Source of the DNA: a virus | Taxonomy: Duplodnaviria; Caudoviricetes | Virus record (IMG/VR): IMGVR_UViG_3300031951_000008 | Reading direction: 5' to 3' (one strand) | DNA length: 64,000 nt | Part shown: one piece after another, positions 38,948 to 48,906 of the stretch | How positions within the stretch are numbered: the first letter of the stretch is position 1 | Layout: each line of letters opens with the position of its first letter | The notes under the pieces: generated by a model | Told to the model about the DNA's origin: nothing | Databases searched by the model: none | Seen by the model: the letters and a program-made list of their open reading frames with translations, nothing else | Made by a program: the position numbers and the translations under genes

Positions 38948-39802
38948 ATGGCCAAACTTGAATTAATACTGCCCAATAAGTTGAACACAAAAGACATGTG
39001 CTGCTGCATAGACAGCAATATCACAGAGCAAAGGATCTTTCTTAATTCACAACATACTGGTGCGGGATACAAAGCCTCACAAGTTATTACTCTAAACAAT
39101 GAAAGTTATAATCTCGATATAACCATAAACCGCCTAGGTGATATGCTTGGCGGCAGTGCTAAAATAACGAAGGTGTTCCATAATAAGGTTATCGATAATG
39201 TTTTAGAACCCCAACTATCTGGCTACCCACAGCTACCATTCGCTAACTTATGGACTGGCCTGAAGGCATATGGTATTGGAGATTTCCTATCATTAGCATT
39301 GTCAGATGAAGCCTCAACAATACCAACTACAGGTCCGATTAATTCTTCGGTAACAGTTACACTAAGTGCTGACATAGCGAGGTTAAGTACTAATGTTGTG
39401 GAAGACTCAGTGACGACTACTTTTAGTCTAACCGGTTCAGACGCGACTGGTTGGACAAGCTCTGAAGGAGGGACCGTCACAGCTAAAATTGTTCAATCAG
39501 CCGGAGTACTATTATACCCAATTAATATATCAAATTTAAATGTAATACCAACGCCAGGATCGATAACTTGTAGTGGTAATTTGAAGATACAACCTGGGGT
39601 AGGTCGCAGTGCAATTAGCGGCACTTTTAACACTCCCCCACTGCTTAGTGATTATAATAGCAAATTTCCATGGAATAATCAAATAGCCTTAGTAGATTCA
39701 GCAATATTAGGAAATGGTATTTTCCCATATGATGCCTTCACATTGGGATTACCAGATGATTATAGAATGATTATTTTTATAACTGTTTCCGGCGTGCAGT
39801 AG
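38948..39802 (+). CDS. Putative structural protein
   Basis: 284 aa, Ser/Thr/Gly-rich beta composition. Confidence 0.55.
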   Translation: MAKLELILPNKLNTKDMCCCIDSNITEQRIFLNSQHTGAGYKASQVITLNNESYNLDITINRLGDMLGGSAKITKVFHNKVIDNVLEPQLSGYPQLPFANLWTGLKAYGIGDFLSLALSDEASTIPTTGPINSSVTVTLSADIARLSTNVVEDSVTTTFSLTGSDATGWTSSEGGTVTAKIVQSAGVLLYPINISNLNVIPTPGSITCSGNLKIQPGVGRSAISGTFNTPPLLSDYNSKFPWNNQIALVDSAILGNGIFPYDAFTLGLPDDYRMIIFITVSGVQ

Positions 39803-40004
39803 TTTTAGATAGATTTTTATCAAATTGCACCTGAAGGACACGTTGTCGCATTCTTTGCTTGTTCCGAGGATGTTTTTCGTCACCCTGCTCAGCATGAAGG
39901 GTATCGTTGAGGTCGGTAGCACCGTATTGGCTGCCTATATTCTTACGACTCATATTGGTCGTAGTTTCTTTATATTGTATTTCGCTAATGACTTTAAGCC
40001 TCAT
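39777..40004 (-). CDS. Hypothetical basic protein
   Basis: 75-aa ORF. Confidence 0.5.
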   Translation of the reverse strand: MRLKVISEIQYKETTTNMSRKNIGSQYGATDLNDTLHAEQGDEKHPRNKQRMRQRVLQVQFDKNLSKTTARRKQL

Positions 40005-40089
40005 AAAAATATGTTTGATAGGAGAAATTATAATAAGTAGGTTTACGTATTGAGGTTAAAATAAGGTATATCACGATGGAGGATATGAG

Positions 40090-40413
40090 ATGAAAAAGAT
40101 GATATTAATGCCAAGAATCCTTGGCTACCACCCCGAAATTGCGATCCGCAACAGTAGTGGAACGGTCTCTATAATAAAGATGGATCTACCTGATTTCAAA
40201 ACACACGAAGACATCCTAAGAACATTAGCACAGACGTATGCCGTTCAAAAGGCATCTGAGTTAGTCGAAGTCCTAAAGAGCAAGATTAAAATAAATAAGT
40301 ATGCAGCAGGTACGGTCAATGATGATACCGATGCTATAATCATCAATGGTGTTGTCGACACCCATAGCTATAACGACACACAAGTAATATCAGCTGACCA
40401 AATAATAGCGTGA
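40090..40413 (+). CDS. Hypothetical protein
   Basis: GGAGG SD, 107 aa. Confidence 0.65.
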   Translation: MKKMILMPRILGYHPEIAIRNSSGTVSIIKMDLPDFKTHEDILRTLAQTYAVQKASELVEVLKSKIKINKYAAGTVNDDTDAIIINGVVDTHSYNDTQVISADQIIA

Positions 40414-40508
40414 TCAAAAGAAGATATTAAACGATCACTTCTCCAGGCTGAGTAGCTACTGTAATAACCCTGTAGTTTCGAATAAAGCGGAAGTCAAAGG
40501 AGAAGCTC

Positions 40509-41675
40509 GTGAAAATAGCAATATATAGTAATCCCCCTTATTCTACATCTGGTTACGGCCAACAAACGTTTCTAACAGCTCGTAAATTCATTGAGGACGG
40601 GCACGATGTGGTTGTAACACCTAATTGCGGGGCGTTAACTAATATCAGCTTTGAAGGTATCAACGTCTTACCAGAAGGCGTGGCTAGCTTCTCGTTTGAT
40701 GCAGCACCTGAAGATATCCTCCATCATATACAGCAAGACGGTTATGCGATTATCTTAATGGATATGTGGCCACTTAATAATTGTAATGGCTTTGATCAAT
40801 TTAGAAGTATATGCTGGACACCAGTCGACCACGACCCTTGTCCACCCCCAGTAGTGGAGTATCTAAAAAGGCCCAATAAGCTCCCAGTAGCGATGACTCA
40901 ATTTGGGCAAGAACTATTGCATAAGGCCGGTTTCAAAGATGTTAATTATATCCCGCTCTCTGTCGATACGCGGTTGTTCAGAGACTTAGGTATGGGCGAA
41001 AGAACCAAACTTAATGTGCCACAAGATGCATACTTAGTTGTCACAAACGCCGCGAATAGGGGGCATAGTCCAATACGAAAGGGTTTCGGTGAAATGGCGG
41101 ACGTTATGAAAAGATTTATGGACGATCGGCCCGATGTCTATTGGTTTATACATACGGAGTACAGGGGATATCAAAATGGTGTTAATTTACCGAGACTGCT
41201 GACGGCAGCCGGTGTTGACACCAGTAGAGTTATGTATCCGGAACCTCGTTTATATCGGCTTGGTATGCCGCCAGAATATTTGGCAGCGATGTATTCTTCT
41301 GCCAACTGCATCTTAGCATTATCGATGGGAGAGGGCTTTGGTATACCATCTAGTATTGAGGCACCGGCCTGCGGCTGTCCTGCTGTCGTAACTAACTTTA
41401 CATGCCAGCCAGAATTTATTACACCATACGGTAAGCTAGTTAAAGCTCAAAGATTTTGGGATGAGCCTCAACAGTCATGGTTTGGCGTTGCCAATATTGA
41501 GCATGGCTATCAATGCATGCAAGAACTGTATGAGGAGACAAAAGCCGGTCAAGTTGAACGCGGTATAATTTCTAGCAGTGTGCAAAAGTTTGATACGAAT
41601 TTTGTCTATCAGAATTACTGGAAATCTCTGCTGAATAGTCTGGAGGCACATGATAAGAATGCCCGCCAATTATAA
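40509..41675 (+). CDS. Glycosyltransferase family 4 (GT-B)
   Basis: STSGYGQQT, RKGF, EGFGIP..IEAPACGCPAVVTN; GGAGAAG SD with GTG start. Confidence 0.88.
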   Translation: MKIAIYSNPPYSTSGYGQQTFLTARKFIEDGHDVVVTPNCGALTNISFEGINVLPEGVASFSFDAAPEDILHHIQQDGYAIILMDMWPLNNCNGFDQFRSICWTPVDHDPCPPPVVEYLKRPNKLPVAMTQFGQELLHKAGFKDVNYIPLSVDTRLFRDLGMGERTKLNVPQDAYLVVTNAANRGHSPIRKGFGEMADVMKRFMDDRPDVYWFIHTEYRGYQNGVNLPRLLTAAGVDTSRVMYPEPRLYRLGMPPEYLAAMYSSANCILALSMGEGFGIPSSIEAPACGCPAVVTNFTCQPEFITPYGKLVKAQRFWDEPQQSWFGVANIEHGYQCMQELYEETKAGQVERGIISSSVQKFDTNFVYQNYWKSLLNSLEAHDKNARQL

Positions 41676-41909
41676 GCCATCAACGGTCCAAGCCTTTAGT
41701 AGTTGATCCTTGTCTCGACCATCGAAATTAATAAACACGGGCTCACCTTCGCTCGTTCTTATTACTATCCAATCTCGGCCTTCGGCTTCGATCGTACTGC
41801 CATAAAGATCGTACCTCCGCCCTGCAAAACCATTACAGTAAGAATTGGCTATCTCTCTGCCTATGTTACTCATATTTTCTATACTATTCATCGTCATCTT
41901 GTTGTTCAT
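41670..41909 (-). CDS. Hypothetical protein
   Basis: 79-aa ORF. Confidence 0.55.
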   Translation of the reverse strand: MNNKMTMNSIENMSNIGREIANSYCNGFAGRRYDLYGSTIEAEGRDWIVIRTSEGEPVFINFDGRDKDQLLKAWTVDGL

Positions 41910-42099
41910 CCCACTTGCTGGCCAGATGCCTTATTGTATCTTCGTGAAACTTATCAAGCTTTGTAATCACCGCATAAACGTATCCAAGCACGAATAAGGC
42001 TCTAAGTAACACAAAAATGGCTAGGATGACAGTAATATATCGTAAACCTGTCATCAAATCCTGCGGATAATGCTGGCTAAGAGTAATGTATGGTGTCAT
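41884..42099 (-). CDS. Small membrane protein
   Basis: One TM-like segment YITVILAIFVLLRALFVLGYVYAVI. Confidence 0.6.
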   Translation of the reverse strand: MTPYITLSQHYPQDLMTGLRYITVILAIFVLLRALFVLGYVYAVITKLDKFHEDTIRHLASKWDEQQDDDE

Positions 42100-42388
42100 C
42101 TGTGGTCCTCATTTTTGTTAAAAGTACCTGAAATGTGCGTAGCAACAATTTGAGTGAATAATAGTCTAATATATCAAAGTCATACCGCTTGCCACGGTAT
42201 ATCAAAGACAAAGAATATTCGCGGACATTGGTGTATACTACTGAAAGATGGTTAGCAATTCCCTTGCTTTCAATAGTCACCTGCTGAGACCCTCCGTACT
42301 TCCTATGATAAACGCCAAAGTATCTATGTACGGCATGGCTTTGTAAATCGTTTAGGACAGAATCTACAGCTAATTGAAGATCAATCAT
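42077..42388 (-). CDS. SLHDP-family paralog
   Basis: MIDLQLAVDSVL; FDILDYYSLKLLLRTF. Confidence 0.6.
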   Translation of the reverse strand: MIDLQLAVDSVLNDLQSHAVHRYFGVYHRKYGGSQQVTIESKGIANHLSVVYTNVREYSLSLIYRGKRYDFDILDYYSLKLLLRTFQVLLTKMRTTDDTIHYS

Positions 42389-42396
42389 AGGCCTAC

Positions 42397-42954
42397 TTAA
42401 GCACTCCACGTTTTAGTGCTATAAACCACCGCGATCTTGGCTTGTATAGTACTTTCCTTAATGACTTCTAGGGTATGTTGGCATTTGCCGTCCCATATCG
42501 CCAACACCATGTCGGACATCCTTACAGCACGCTTATTCCTGTGTAACCTAGCCGACATCTTAAATGCTGGATCTACCTTCTCTACCAAGACCGGAACATC
42601 TAGCAACGAAAGCAGTTGGTAGCAGTTTTTATGCTTTTCTTTGTCCTCAACAAAGAGCTTGATAGCTTCGCAGACTCCCTTCTCATCATCGATGATAACA
42701 GATGTATATTGAAGGCCTAAACTCTTCAGGTAATTTAGTGCTCCCTGTATACTGATATAAGCTTCTTCAGCTTTTATTTGTGAAGTTCCGCAAATTAGCA
42801 ATTGCATTGGTCGCTCCGCATAATTAAATGTTTTAGATTGTCCTTCCGTCTTTTGGCTGCCCTTGTGGTGCTTAGGAATATAAGGGCAATTGAGGCAGCC
42901 TAGGCCACAACACTTGCCCATCTTGAGTAATTCTAGCTTTGTTAGAGGTTTCAA
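42397..42954 (-). CDS. Cys-rich N-terminal peptide fused to a SLOG/YspA-like domain
   Basis: CCGLGCLNCPY; then LLICGT...RNKRAVRMSDMVLAIWDGKCQHT. Confidence 0.6.
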   Translation of the reverse strand: MKPLTKLELLKMGKCCGLGCLNCPYIPKHHKGSQKTEGQSKTFNYAERPMQLLICGTSQIKAEEAYISIQGALNYLKSLGLQYTSVIIDDEKGVCEAIKLFVEDKEKHKNCYQLLSLLDVPVLVEKVDPAFKMSARLHRNKRAVRMSDMVLAIWDGKCQHTLEVIKESTIQAKIAVVYSTKTWSA

Positions 42955-43571
42955 GATCTAGGATAATATCTAGGCTTGCCATTTTCCAAGACTACCCTAT
43001 TATTAGCCATCATAGGTCTTAGCCTAACAGCTCCATAGTATGAAAAGCCGTCCTGTGGTAATTCATCAAATTCATCTGTTAGAGAATTATCTGGGTTTAT
43101 CTTGTAATATTTTATGGGAGTTTTCACGGTCTGTATATCACCACGCAGTGGAGAATAAACAGCACAATCACCGAAATTTATAGATTTAGCGAATTGTGCT
43201 ATCGGTCCATTACAAGCCGATTGTGTAATATTGACCCCAGCTCTCGCCAAACATCTCTGTGACGCAGGATTAAGCACCGTTAATTCAAAGTTAGACAGAT
43301 CTGTAATCTCACTCAGATTATAAAATATTCGATAATTATAGCCATAACTTTTGATAACATCGAGGCCAGCTTTAGCTACAACCGGGTTAATTGTGCCTGG
43401 AAAACTTCCTAAGTAAAGCATACCCGGCAAGCTAGCAAAGAAATCGAAGTAGTACTTCATTCTAGCCGATAAGGTAGACGGATTATCGAAGAATAAAAAT
43501 TTCATTAAGATTATATCTTCTATTACTTCATAATGTATCCTGTTATTTGCATCGAAAGTATAGACTGGCAT
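42951..43571 (-). CDS. Hypothetical protein
   Basis: 206-aa ORF. Confidence 0.6.
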   Translation of the reverse strand: MPVYTFDANNRIHYEVIEDIILMKFLFFDNPSTLSARMKYYFDFFASLPGMLYLGSFPGTINPVVAKAGLDVIKSYGYNYRIFYNLSEITDLSNFELTVLNPASQRCLARAGVNITQSACNGPIAQFAKSINFGDCAVYSPLRGDIQTVKTPIKYYKINPDNSLTDEFDELPQDGFSYYGAVRLRPMMANNRVVLENGKPRYYPRS

Positions 43572-43576
43572 AATTA

Positions 43577-44809
43577 CTAGTCCACCGCTTCTATGTTAAA
43601 GGAGTCTATTACCGCATTACCATCACTAACATTTACTACATTTACAGACGCAGGCGATAGCTTATTAGCACCATAGCAGGTAAAGCTAACCCACTGATTG
43701 TTTTTAACTGTGAATGTAGTACCCGATCCGGATGCTATTTGTATCCAAGGAGAAGTAGGAGGAGCATCGGTCTGCGTGCCTGTAATTTCCGTATCAGTGA
43801 CTCTGTACCATAACGTTACATCATCTGGTGTGGTGACGGGTTCTGTGAGATTTAACTGTATCGAGTTTTTAATACCGGTTATTTGCTTGCTGCTTATAGT
43901 ACCGTACAAAGAGGCTGTAAACCAGCTTATATCATCCCAGTTAACGGCATTAGGTGTAACATCGAATGGAGACTCGTAAAAGTGCAATACGCATTGTGCT
44001 CTGCTTACACCTTTACCAGCGTTGCTTTGCTTATCAGTAAAACCTATTAGGCTTAGGCATGCATCGTCGATAATCTCTGGGATGCCACCCATAAAGCCTC
44101 CGTCAATGAAATTGTTAAAATATATGCAGGTGTCCGTGAATGATACTATTCCTAACGGCTTGAAAAGACATACCCCAAAAGTGCCAGATGTCGCTGTTAT
44201 AGAAGACGTGACACTTTCTACGCTTCTTACGCCCGTATCGCCGCTTTGCAATGAAATAATACCAAATGTCCCGATAGCACGTGCATTACCTGCTGGCATT
44301 GTTGTTGCAACTGCTGTTCTACCGCTAGTGCCACTCTGATTGGTATATGACATGGTCACTGTACCACCAGTGAATCCAGCGTTTAGTGCGCCGTATGTTG
44401 TTATGCCTATCATAACCCCGGAGCCATCCGTATATCTTGTTAACGCCGCTGTAGGTAGATTAGTCGTTTGCGTAGTGGTGAGTGTATAAGAAAGGCCGCC
44501 CTGATGACTTAGTCTATCGACTAGCAAAAAGCTTCTATACCATATTGTATTATAATTTTCTAGAGTACTGCCGATAAAGTATAATTTGTTACTGCCAGCA
44601 CTATTGGCAATATCGACATTTAAGGCCCCTGCTGTACTTCTGCTGCATGCGGTAGCAGTAGTAGGTGCGCTAACAGTTGTAGACAAGTTATACATCCATA
44701 AATCATCCATAAATCCAGCATTGACATTGGTGCTATCAAGTGCCGAAGTGTTAATCTCCAGGCTATTGCAATTGCGTAGTGCGTATCGAAGATCTATAAG
44801 ATTGTTCAT
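43577..44809 (-). CDS. Putative virion surface protein, paralog 3 (with C-terminal extra domain)
   Basis: LVDRLSHQGGL..QTTNLPTAALTRYTDG.GVMIG..LQSGDTGVRSVES. Confidence 0.7.
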   Translation of the reverse strand: MNNLIDLRYALRNCNSLEINTSALDSTNVNAGFMDDLWMYNLSTTVSAPTTATACSRSTAGALNVDIANSAGSNKLYFIGSTLENYNTIWYRSFLLVDRLSHQGGLSYTLTTTQTTNLPTAALTRYTDGSGVMIGITTYGALNAGFTGGTVTMSYTNQSGTSGRTAVATTMPAGNARAIGTFGIISLQSGDTGVRSVESVTSSITATSGTFGVCLFKPLGIVSFTDTCIYFNNFIDGGFMGGIPEIIDDACLSLIGFTDKQSNAGKGVSRAQCVLHFYESPFDVTPNAVNWDDISWFTASLYGTISSKQITGIKNSIQLNLTEPVTTPDDVTLWYRVTDTEITGTQTDAPPTSPWIQIASGSGTTFTVKNNQWVSFTCYGANKLSPASVNVVNVSDGNAVIDSFNIEAVD

Positions 44810-45648
44810 GATATCTCATAGAAGAAATTGCCATGTACTCTGCCGGAAGCTCCTAAACCAGCCCTTGGGCCGTTAATTGCAATAATTGACAAGCATGCAT
44901 TGTCATTTATATCAGGTATTCCTCCTAATAAGCCGCCTGTTATAAAGTCTTTTTGATATATATTAGCTCTCTCTATCATGTTTTTGCCGATCATACAAAG
45001 AGGTCTAAAAAGCGTTATTCCTAGATTACCTGCTCCTGACTGCGTCGTAGTAGTAGTAAAGCTTTCTACGCTTCTTACGCCTCTATCGCCGTTTTGTAGA
45101 GGTAATAGCATAAAAACGCCTTGATTAGGCCAATCGTATGGATAATTTTGCAAAGGTGATGTGCGACCGCTAGTGCCGTCTTGGTTAGTATACGAAACTG
45201 TGATTGAAAAACCTACGCCAACGCTGCTTATTGTTGACGCATAAATCGACAAACCCATCATTACACCAACTCCGTCAGTATATCTAGTGAGTGCAGCTGT
45301 AGGCAGATTGGTAGTCTGCGGAGAAGTAGTGTTGCCGACTAGTCCGCCCTGATGCGATAAGCGATCAACAAGAATATAACATGGCATGTCGATTAGCGTC
45401 GACTGATTAACCTGAGTAATATAAACTGATGATGGCGAGAAATTGGGTAGGATAGAATTTAGACTACCGGTAGTTGTCTTGCTGCAAGCAGTCGCAGTAG
45501 AAGGCGCAGAAGATGCTGGTACCGTAGACAATGTAAATTGGTCCAAATATCTGCCGAATCCCATATAAAAATTCTCGACCATAAAGTCGAAAGATTGTTC
45601 CGCATTTTTTATACTGTCTCTGTAAGAAGAGAAATCTGGTATAGCCAT
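44806..45648 (-). CDS. Putative virion surface protein, paralog 2
   Basis: Same motifs; start moved to MAIPDF (GGAGAAG SD, overlapping the upstream stop). Confidence 0.7.
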   Translation of the reverse strand: MAIPDFSSYRDSIKNAEQSFDFMVENFYMGFGRYLDQFTLSTVPASSAPSTATACSKTTTGSLNSILPNFSPSSVYITQVNQSTLIDMPCYILVDRLSHQGGLVGNTTSPQTTNLPTAALTRYTDGVGVMMGLSIYASTISSVGVGFSITVSYTNQDGTSGRTSPLQNYPYDWPNQGVFMLLPLQNGDRGVRSVESFTTTTTQSGAGNLGITLFRPLCMIGKNMIERANIYQKDFITGGLLGGIPDINDNACLSIIAINGPRAGLGASGRVHGNFFYEIS

Positions 45649-46496
45649 TACTTCTCCACAAAGGAAAAGGCACCAAACAATTCGGGGCCTGTAGTACTGG
45701 TCGGAATAAACATCATTGCTAAACAAGCATCAGAGTCGACAGTAGGTATTCCAGGTAATCCAGTTGTATAGTCTCTCATTCCTAGCATCCCTGCCGCGCT
45801 AAGTGGAATGTATGCTATAGGCCTCGCTATAATTATACCAAAATTGCCTGCTGTGCCGGTTGTGGCGGTTAACCTAACTTTCTCAATAGCTTGTATTCCC
45901 TTATCCCCGCTCGCTAACGGTATCCGCTGCATTCTTTGAGCTTCTCTAAAGCCAGTAGTCCCAATGTTTACGGTAGTAGTTTGGCTTGCATTGCCCGCAT
46001 CGTCCGTGTAAGTCATTGTTAATGTCGTCGATGTTGTACCAATTTGCGTGTAGATTTCATAAAAAGCCATGTTTCCAACACCACCGGTATTGCGAGTTAA
46101 AGCCGGTGAAGCTGGTGATCCCTGAACTGTCTGGTCTACAATGCTAGTTCCGCTCAAATTACCAATATGATATAGCCTATCATAAATCAGCAATGTCCCG
46201 ACAACTGAACTGGTTGCACCTGCCTGGATCAGGTACTTCGAACGGCTGCCACCGGGTGCTGTAAAGGGAATGGCACCTGCTGTAGACCTAGTAGGAATTG
46301 CTCCGGTCGTTGGGGCGGCACCAGCACCATAAGACCCATCATACTGCCATAAAGACGTACCACGGCCTGCGATAGTTGATGCTGCTGCAGCACCGGCCAC
46401 CCTAGTATTCTTAAAAAAGAATAAATTCTCCGGAGTACCGCTGTTGCCTCCGGTAGCTAAATTAATTAGATCACCTAGATCAGTTATAGCGGCCAT
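45648..46496 (-). CDS. Putative virion surface protein, paralog 1
   Basis: LIYDRLYHIGNL..PALTRNTGG.GNM..LASGDKGIQAIE. Confidence 0.7.
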   Translation of the reverse strand: MAAITDLGDLINLATGGNSGTPENLFFFKNTRVAGAAAASTIAGRGTSLWQYDGSYGAGAAPTTGAIPTRSTAGAIPFTAPGGSRSKYLIQAGATSSVVGTLLIYDRLYHIGNLSGTSIVDQTVQGSPASPALTRNTGGVGNMAFYEIYTQIGTTSTTLTMTYTDDAGNASQTTTVNIGTTGFREAQRMQRIPLASGDKGIQAIEKVRLTATTGTAGNFGIIIARPIAYIPLSAAGMLGMRDYTTGLPGIPTVDSDACLAMMFIPTSTTGPELFGAFSFVEK

Positions 46497-46529
46497 ATTC
46501 GTCTGTAGCTCTACGGTGTAACAGTGTGA

Positions 46530-47474
46530 TTGAACGTTAAAGTATTTTTGGGCATGAAAGGTTTTTCAATGGATAGGCTAACACATGACTTCCGTCGCAA
46601 GCGTAGGCAACAAATAGTCATTGATGCTAAAGAAATGCTCGATGACTTTACCACTAAGCAAATCTGTCACCATCTTGCTGAAAGGTATGGCCTTCAAAGT
46701 CAATATATCCTCCGTCTACTTGAAGACGATATCGGCAGATCAGACCTGGCTGGTATGACGGATCGTGTCATTTTGCGTAATGCGCATGAAATTTTATCAC
46801 AGGGTACTAGGATCAGGGCTAAGGAGCTTGTAACCCATCTATCGGCTCAATTGGATGTTTCTGTCAAACGTGTCCGCGACGTATTAAAGTCAGCTGATTT
46901 CCGAGTGCCCAAGGAGCCAACGCTTAATCAGCAAACGCTTATCAATCACCTAAACAAAGGGCTGGATTTTAAAACCATAGTTAAATTGATGGGTTGTACT
47001 AAACAATATGTCTACCATCTATATAACTCGATAGTCGAACACCCCGATCTTCACGATTTAGTGCCTGACAAGCAGCAGCTTTATGATGATAAAAAACTAC
47101 AAACTTCTGCTCTAAATGCAGATATTCGTAGAAAGATCGTCGAGAGCCTCGAAAGTAATCCCGAATTCACAGTCGATCAACACGCTGCTAATTGTGATTG
47201 CACTGCTAAGCAAGTGCAGGTTATTATTAATAATAGCCTTTTCACTAAAGCCAATATTTCGTATCAGGAACACAATCCACGCCGGTTTAAGTATTTGCAA
47301 GTTATAGCCGATCTTATAAATACAGATCATACTATTACCGAGCTAGCCAAAAAGCACAAAAAACCGGTCACTGCAATATTCAATATGGTATCCGACTGCA
47401 AAGCTGTTGGCATTCCAGTAAAGGAACGTCGTGACGGTAGAGTTAAGCAGCATCTAGTCGACCGCCAAGAATAA
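46530..47474 (+). CDS. Multi-HTH putative DNA-binding protein
   Basis: Repeated helical motifs (FKTIVKLMGCTKQYVYHL; TITELAKKHKKPVTAIFNM); true start probably 46553 or later. Confidence 0.6.
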   Translation: MNVKVFLGMKGFSMDRLTHDFRRKRRQQIVIDAKEMLDDFTTKQICHHLAERYGLQSQYILRLLEDDIGRSDLAGMTDRVILRNAHEILSQGTRIRAKELVTHLSAQLDVSVKRVRDVLKSADFRVPKEPTLNQQTLINHLNKGLDFKTIVKLMGCTKQYVYHLYNSIVEHPDLHDLVPDKQQLYDDKKLQTSALNADIRRKIVESLESNPEFTVDQHAANCDCTAKQVQVIINNSLFTKANISYQEHNPRRFKYLQVIADLINTDHTITELAKKHKKPVTAIFNMVSDCKAVGIPVKERRDGRVKQHLVDRQE

Positions 47475-47504
47475 ATGGAGATTCTATATGGTTAAAGATA
47501 CCAT

Positions 47505-47834
47505 ATGCAAGATTCATTTGTAGTTATTGGTGATATCGTCAGAGGAGTATTAAAAACTCATGAGCAAAAGTATCGGTATAAGACCAGCATAAGCATTTAC
47601 GACATGAAATGCCAAGCCTCTTTTCTGATTTGCAAAAGTTCTTCGTTCAGAACAGCTAAACACTCGATTGAAATAGAGATGTTAAATACTTCTTTGCATT
47701 TGACACTTACTATTAACTCCAAGCCGCTGTCTATCAATAAATATGTCAGGACATTGACTATAGATTTATCAGACCCGAAATCATTGTGTTTAATTGAACA
47801 ATTATTGGTTAAGTTCTGTAGGAAAATAAAATGA
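47505..47834 (+). CDS. SLHDP-family paralog
   Basis: TIDLSDPKSLCLIEQLL. Confidence 0.7.
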   Translation: MQDSFVVIGDIVRGVLKTHEQKYRYKTSISIYDMKCQASFLICKSSSFRTAKHSIEIEMLNTSLHLTLTINSKPLSINKYVRTLTIDLSDPKSLCLIEQLLVKFCRKIK

Positions 47835-48112
47835 ATAAGCATGCTGAGCTATTAATTATGCGTCAAGCTATACAAGATTATCGCGGTGGCCAGCCTCTCA
47901 GCGATCAACAGCTCAAGATCTCAGTTAAGCACCTAAAACCGTTGGTCTGTTCGCTACGGGTGTTGGACGATCGTTTTGCTCTTATAACCAATGAACTTGA
48001 TCGGGTGCTAATGCAATTCGAAGACTTTATCGAAGTAAGGAAGAGGAAAATCAGATTGGCTAAATTGGCCAATGATGCCATCGAAAAGAAATCACAAAAA
48101 TCTAAAAGGTAG
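47831..48112 (+). CDS. Hypothetical protein
   Basis: 93 aa, ATGA overlap. Confidence 0.65.
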   Translation: MNKHAELLIMRQAIQDYRGGQPLSDQQLKISVKHLKPLVCSLRVLDDRFALITNELDRVLMQFEDFIEVRKRKIRLAKLANDAIEKKSQKSKR

Positions 48113-48120
48113 CTCTCACT

Positions 48121-48462
48121 ATGCATAACGATGAGTATAATGCGACTATTAATATTGACTTGGTAATTAGGCATTCTCAATCGAGTGTATCTAGCGAATC
48201 AGAGTATGTGGCCGAAGGTGGTCCGTCTGAGGCTGTCTTTTCCGGCACTGGCAAGTCTGTAGAAGAGGCTATCGGGTCTTACTTCATCCAAAATCGTGAG
48301 ATATTGGGTTTTAAATTCTCTACCATCAAAGCCGATAAATTTTTGCCATCTACACATTATGGACGAGGTCGCGACGATTCTGAACTAGGTCCGAACGAGC
48401 TAGCGGCCTATCAACAATTTCTCAAATCACGTAAAGAAAATGAGCCTCGTAGTACACAATAA
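48121..48462 (+). CDS. Hypothetical protein
   Basis: 113 aa. Confidence 0.65.
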   Translation: MHNDEYNATINIDLVIRHSQSSVSSESEYVAEGGPSEAVFSGTGKSVEEAIGSYFIQNREILGFKFSTIKADKFLPSTHYGRGRDDSELGPNELAAYQQFLKSRKENEPRSTQ

Positions 48463-48906
48463 AAAAGATCGGTTCGATGTTTACATTGGAAGACCTAGTC
48501 TATTCGGCAATCCATTTGAGATAGGCACTCACGGTTCTAGAGATGAGGTCATTGATAAGTATAAAAGCTGGTTATTAAACGGAATCAGTTTCGGTAATCC
48601 AGAAGCCTCAGAAGAGAAGAGAAGAGAAGATCAATCCTGGCTTCGCTGTCTACTTTACGCGATAAAGTGCTTGGCTGTTGGTGTAGTCCTCTAGCTTGTC
48701 ATGGTGATGTCCTCGTAGAACTATCTAATAGTGTCATTTACCAATGTGATAGGTGTAAGTTCTTATACTCAAACCCCGTATCTGCCTGCGACTGCGAGGT
48801 AGGCCTAGATCAGCCCTACAATGTTGGTTTTGTGTCCATGACAGACATCAGTTTCATAATACACCGCGAGCAAGATCCTACCTTCTACGAGGCAGAAGAT
48901 GCATAA
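48440..48906 (+). pseudogene. DUF4326-family gene split by a frameshift inside a (GAAGA)4 repeat
   Basis: 5' ORF VYIGRPSLFGNPF..RDEVIDKY; 3' ORF LGCWCSPLACHGDVL; deleting one GAAGA joins them as EEKRRSILASLSTLRDKVLGCWC. Confidence 0.85.
48611..48630 (+). repeat. Pentanucleotide simple sequence repeat (GAAGA)4
   Basis: GAAGAGAAGAGAAGAGAAGA. Confidence 0.95.

Noticed and set aside
40444-40500. Possible hammerhead ribozyme or known riboswitch in the GT4 leader
   Set aside because: CTGAGTA does not match the CUGAUGA core and no known aptamer consensus was recognisable; kept only as an SD-pairing observation
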